Shown here piece after piece: positions 63,936 to 64,000 of a stretch of 64,000 nucleotides of DNA. A program made the position numbers and the translations under genes. The notes below the pieces were generated by a model. It did no database searches. It worked only from the letters and a program-made list of their open reading frames with translations, and was not told the origin of the DNA. Source of the stretch: Prorocentrum cordatum (lineage: Eukaryota); NCBI GenBank assembly GCA_963575745.1, contig CAUYUJ010000001.1, forward strand, positions 1,860,001 through 1,924,000, in the 5' to 3' direction. Positions within the stretch are counted from its first letter, which is position 1, and every line of letters begins with the position of its first letter.

Positions 63936-64000
63936 GGCGCGAAGCCCTGCGCAGTACCCCTTCCTGGGCGTCCTCCTGCCAGCGAGCGTGGACGAGGCCC

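Noticed and set aside
63935..64000. Possible exon start (…QYPFLGVLLPASVDEA)
   Set aside because: Too short and cut by the window edge.

Overview
This is GC-rich, repeat-saturated eukaryotic DNA, almost certainly from a dinoflagellate: it carries exact dinoflagellate spliced-leader (SL) sequence, GA-AG introns and AG|G-repeating splice junctions. A Prorocentrum-like source is only an inference. One host gene can be assembled by eye on the + strand, a multi-exon RNA-binding protein with two cold-shock domains and two RRMs (exons from 7317 to about 28982); each RRM is split by a 9-11 kb GA-donor intron. The rest is decayed LINE-type retrotransposons (four large copies plus 3' fragments), at least seven small inverted-repeat elements, minisatellites, long microsatellites and one 100-N gap. 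Two observations stand out. First, two LINEs begin with spliced-leader sequence, one with three tandem, progressively decayed copies, which suggests LINE RNAs are SL trans-spliced. Second, the full-length SL-headed LINE ends in an apparently circularly permuted RNase H, while another LINE in the same window has a canonical RNase H. All calls come from manual motif reading; no database searches were run.
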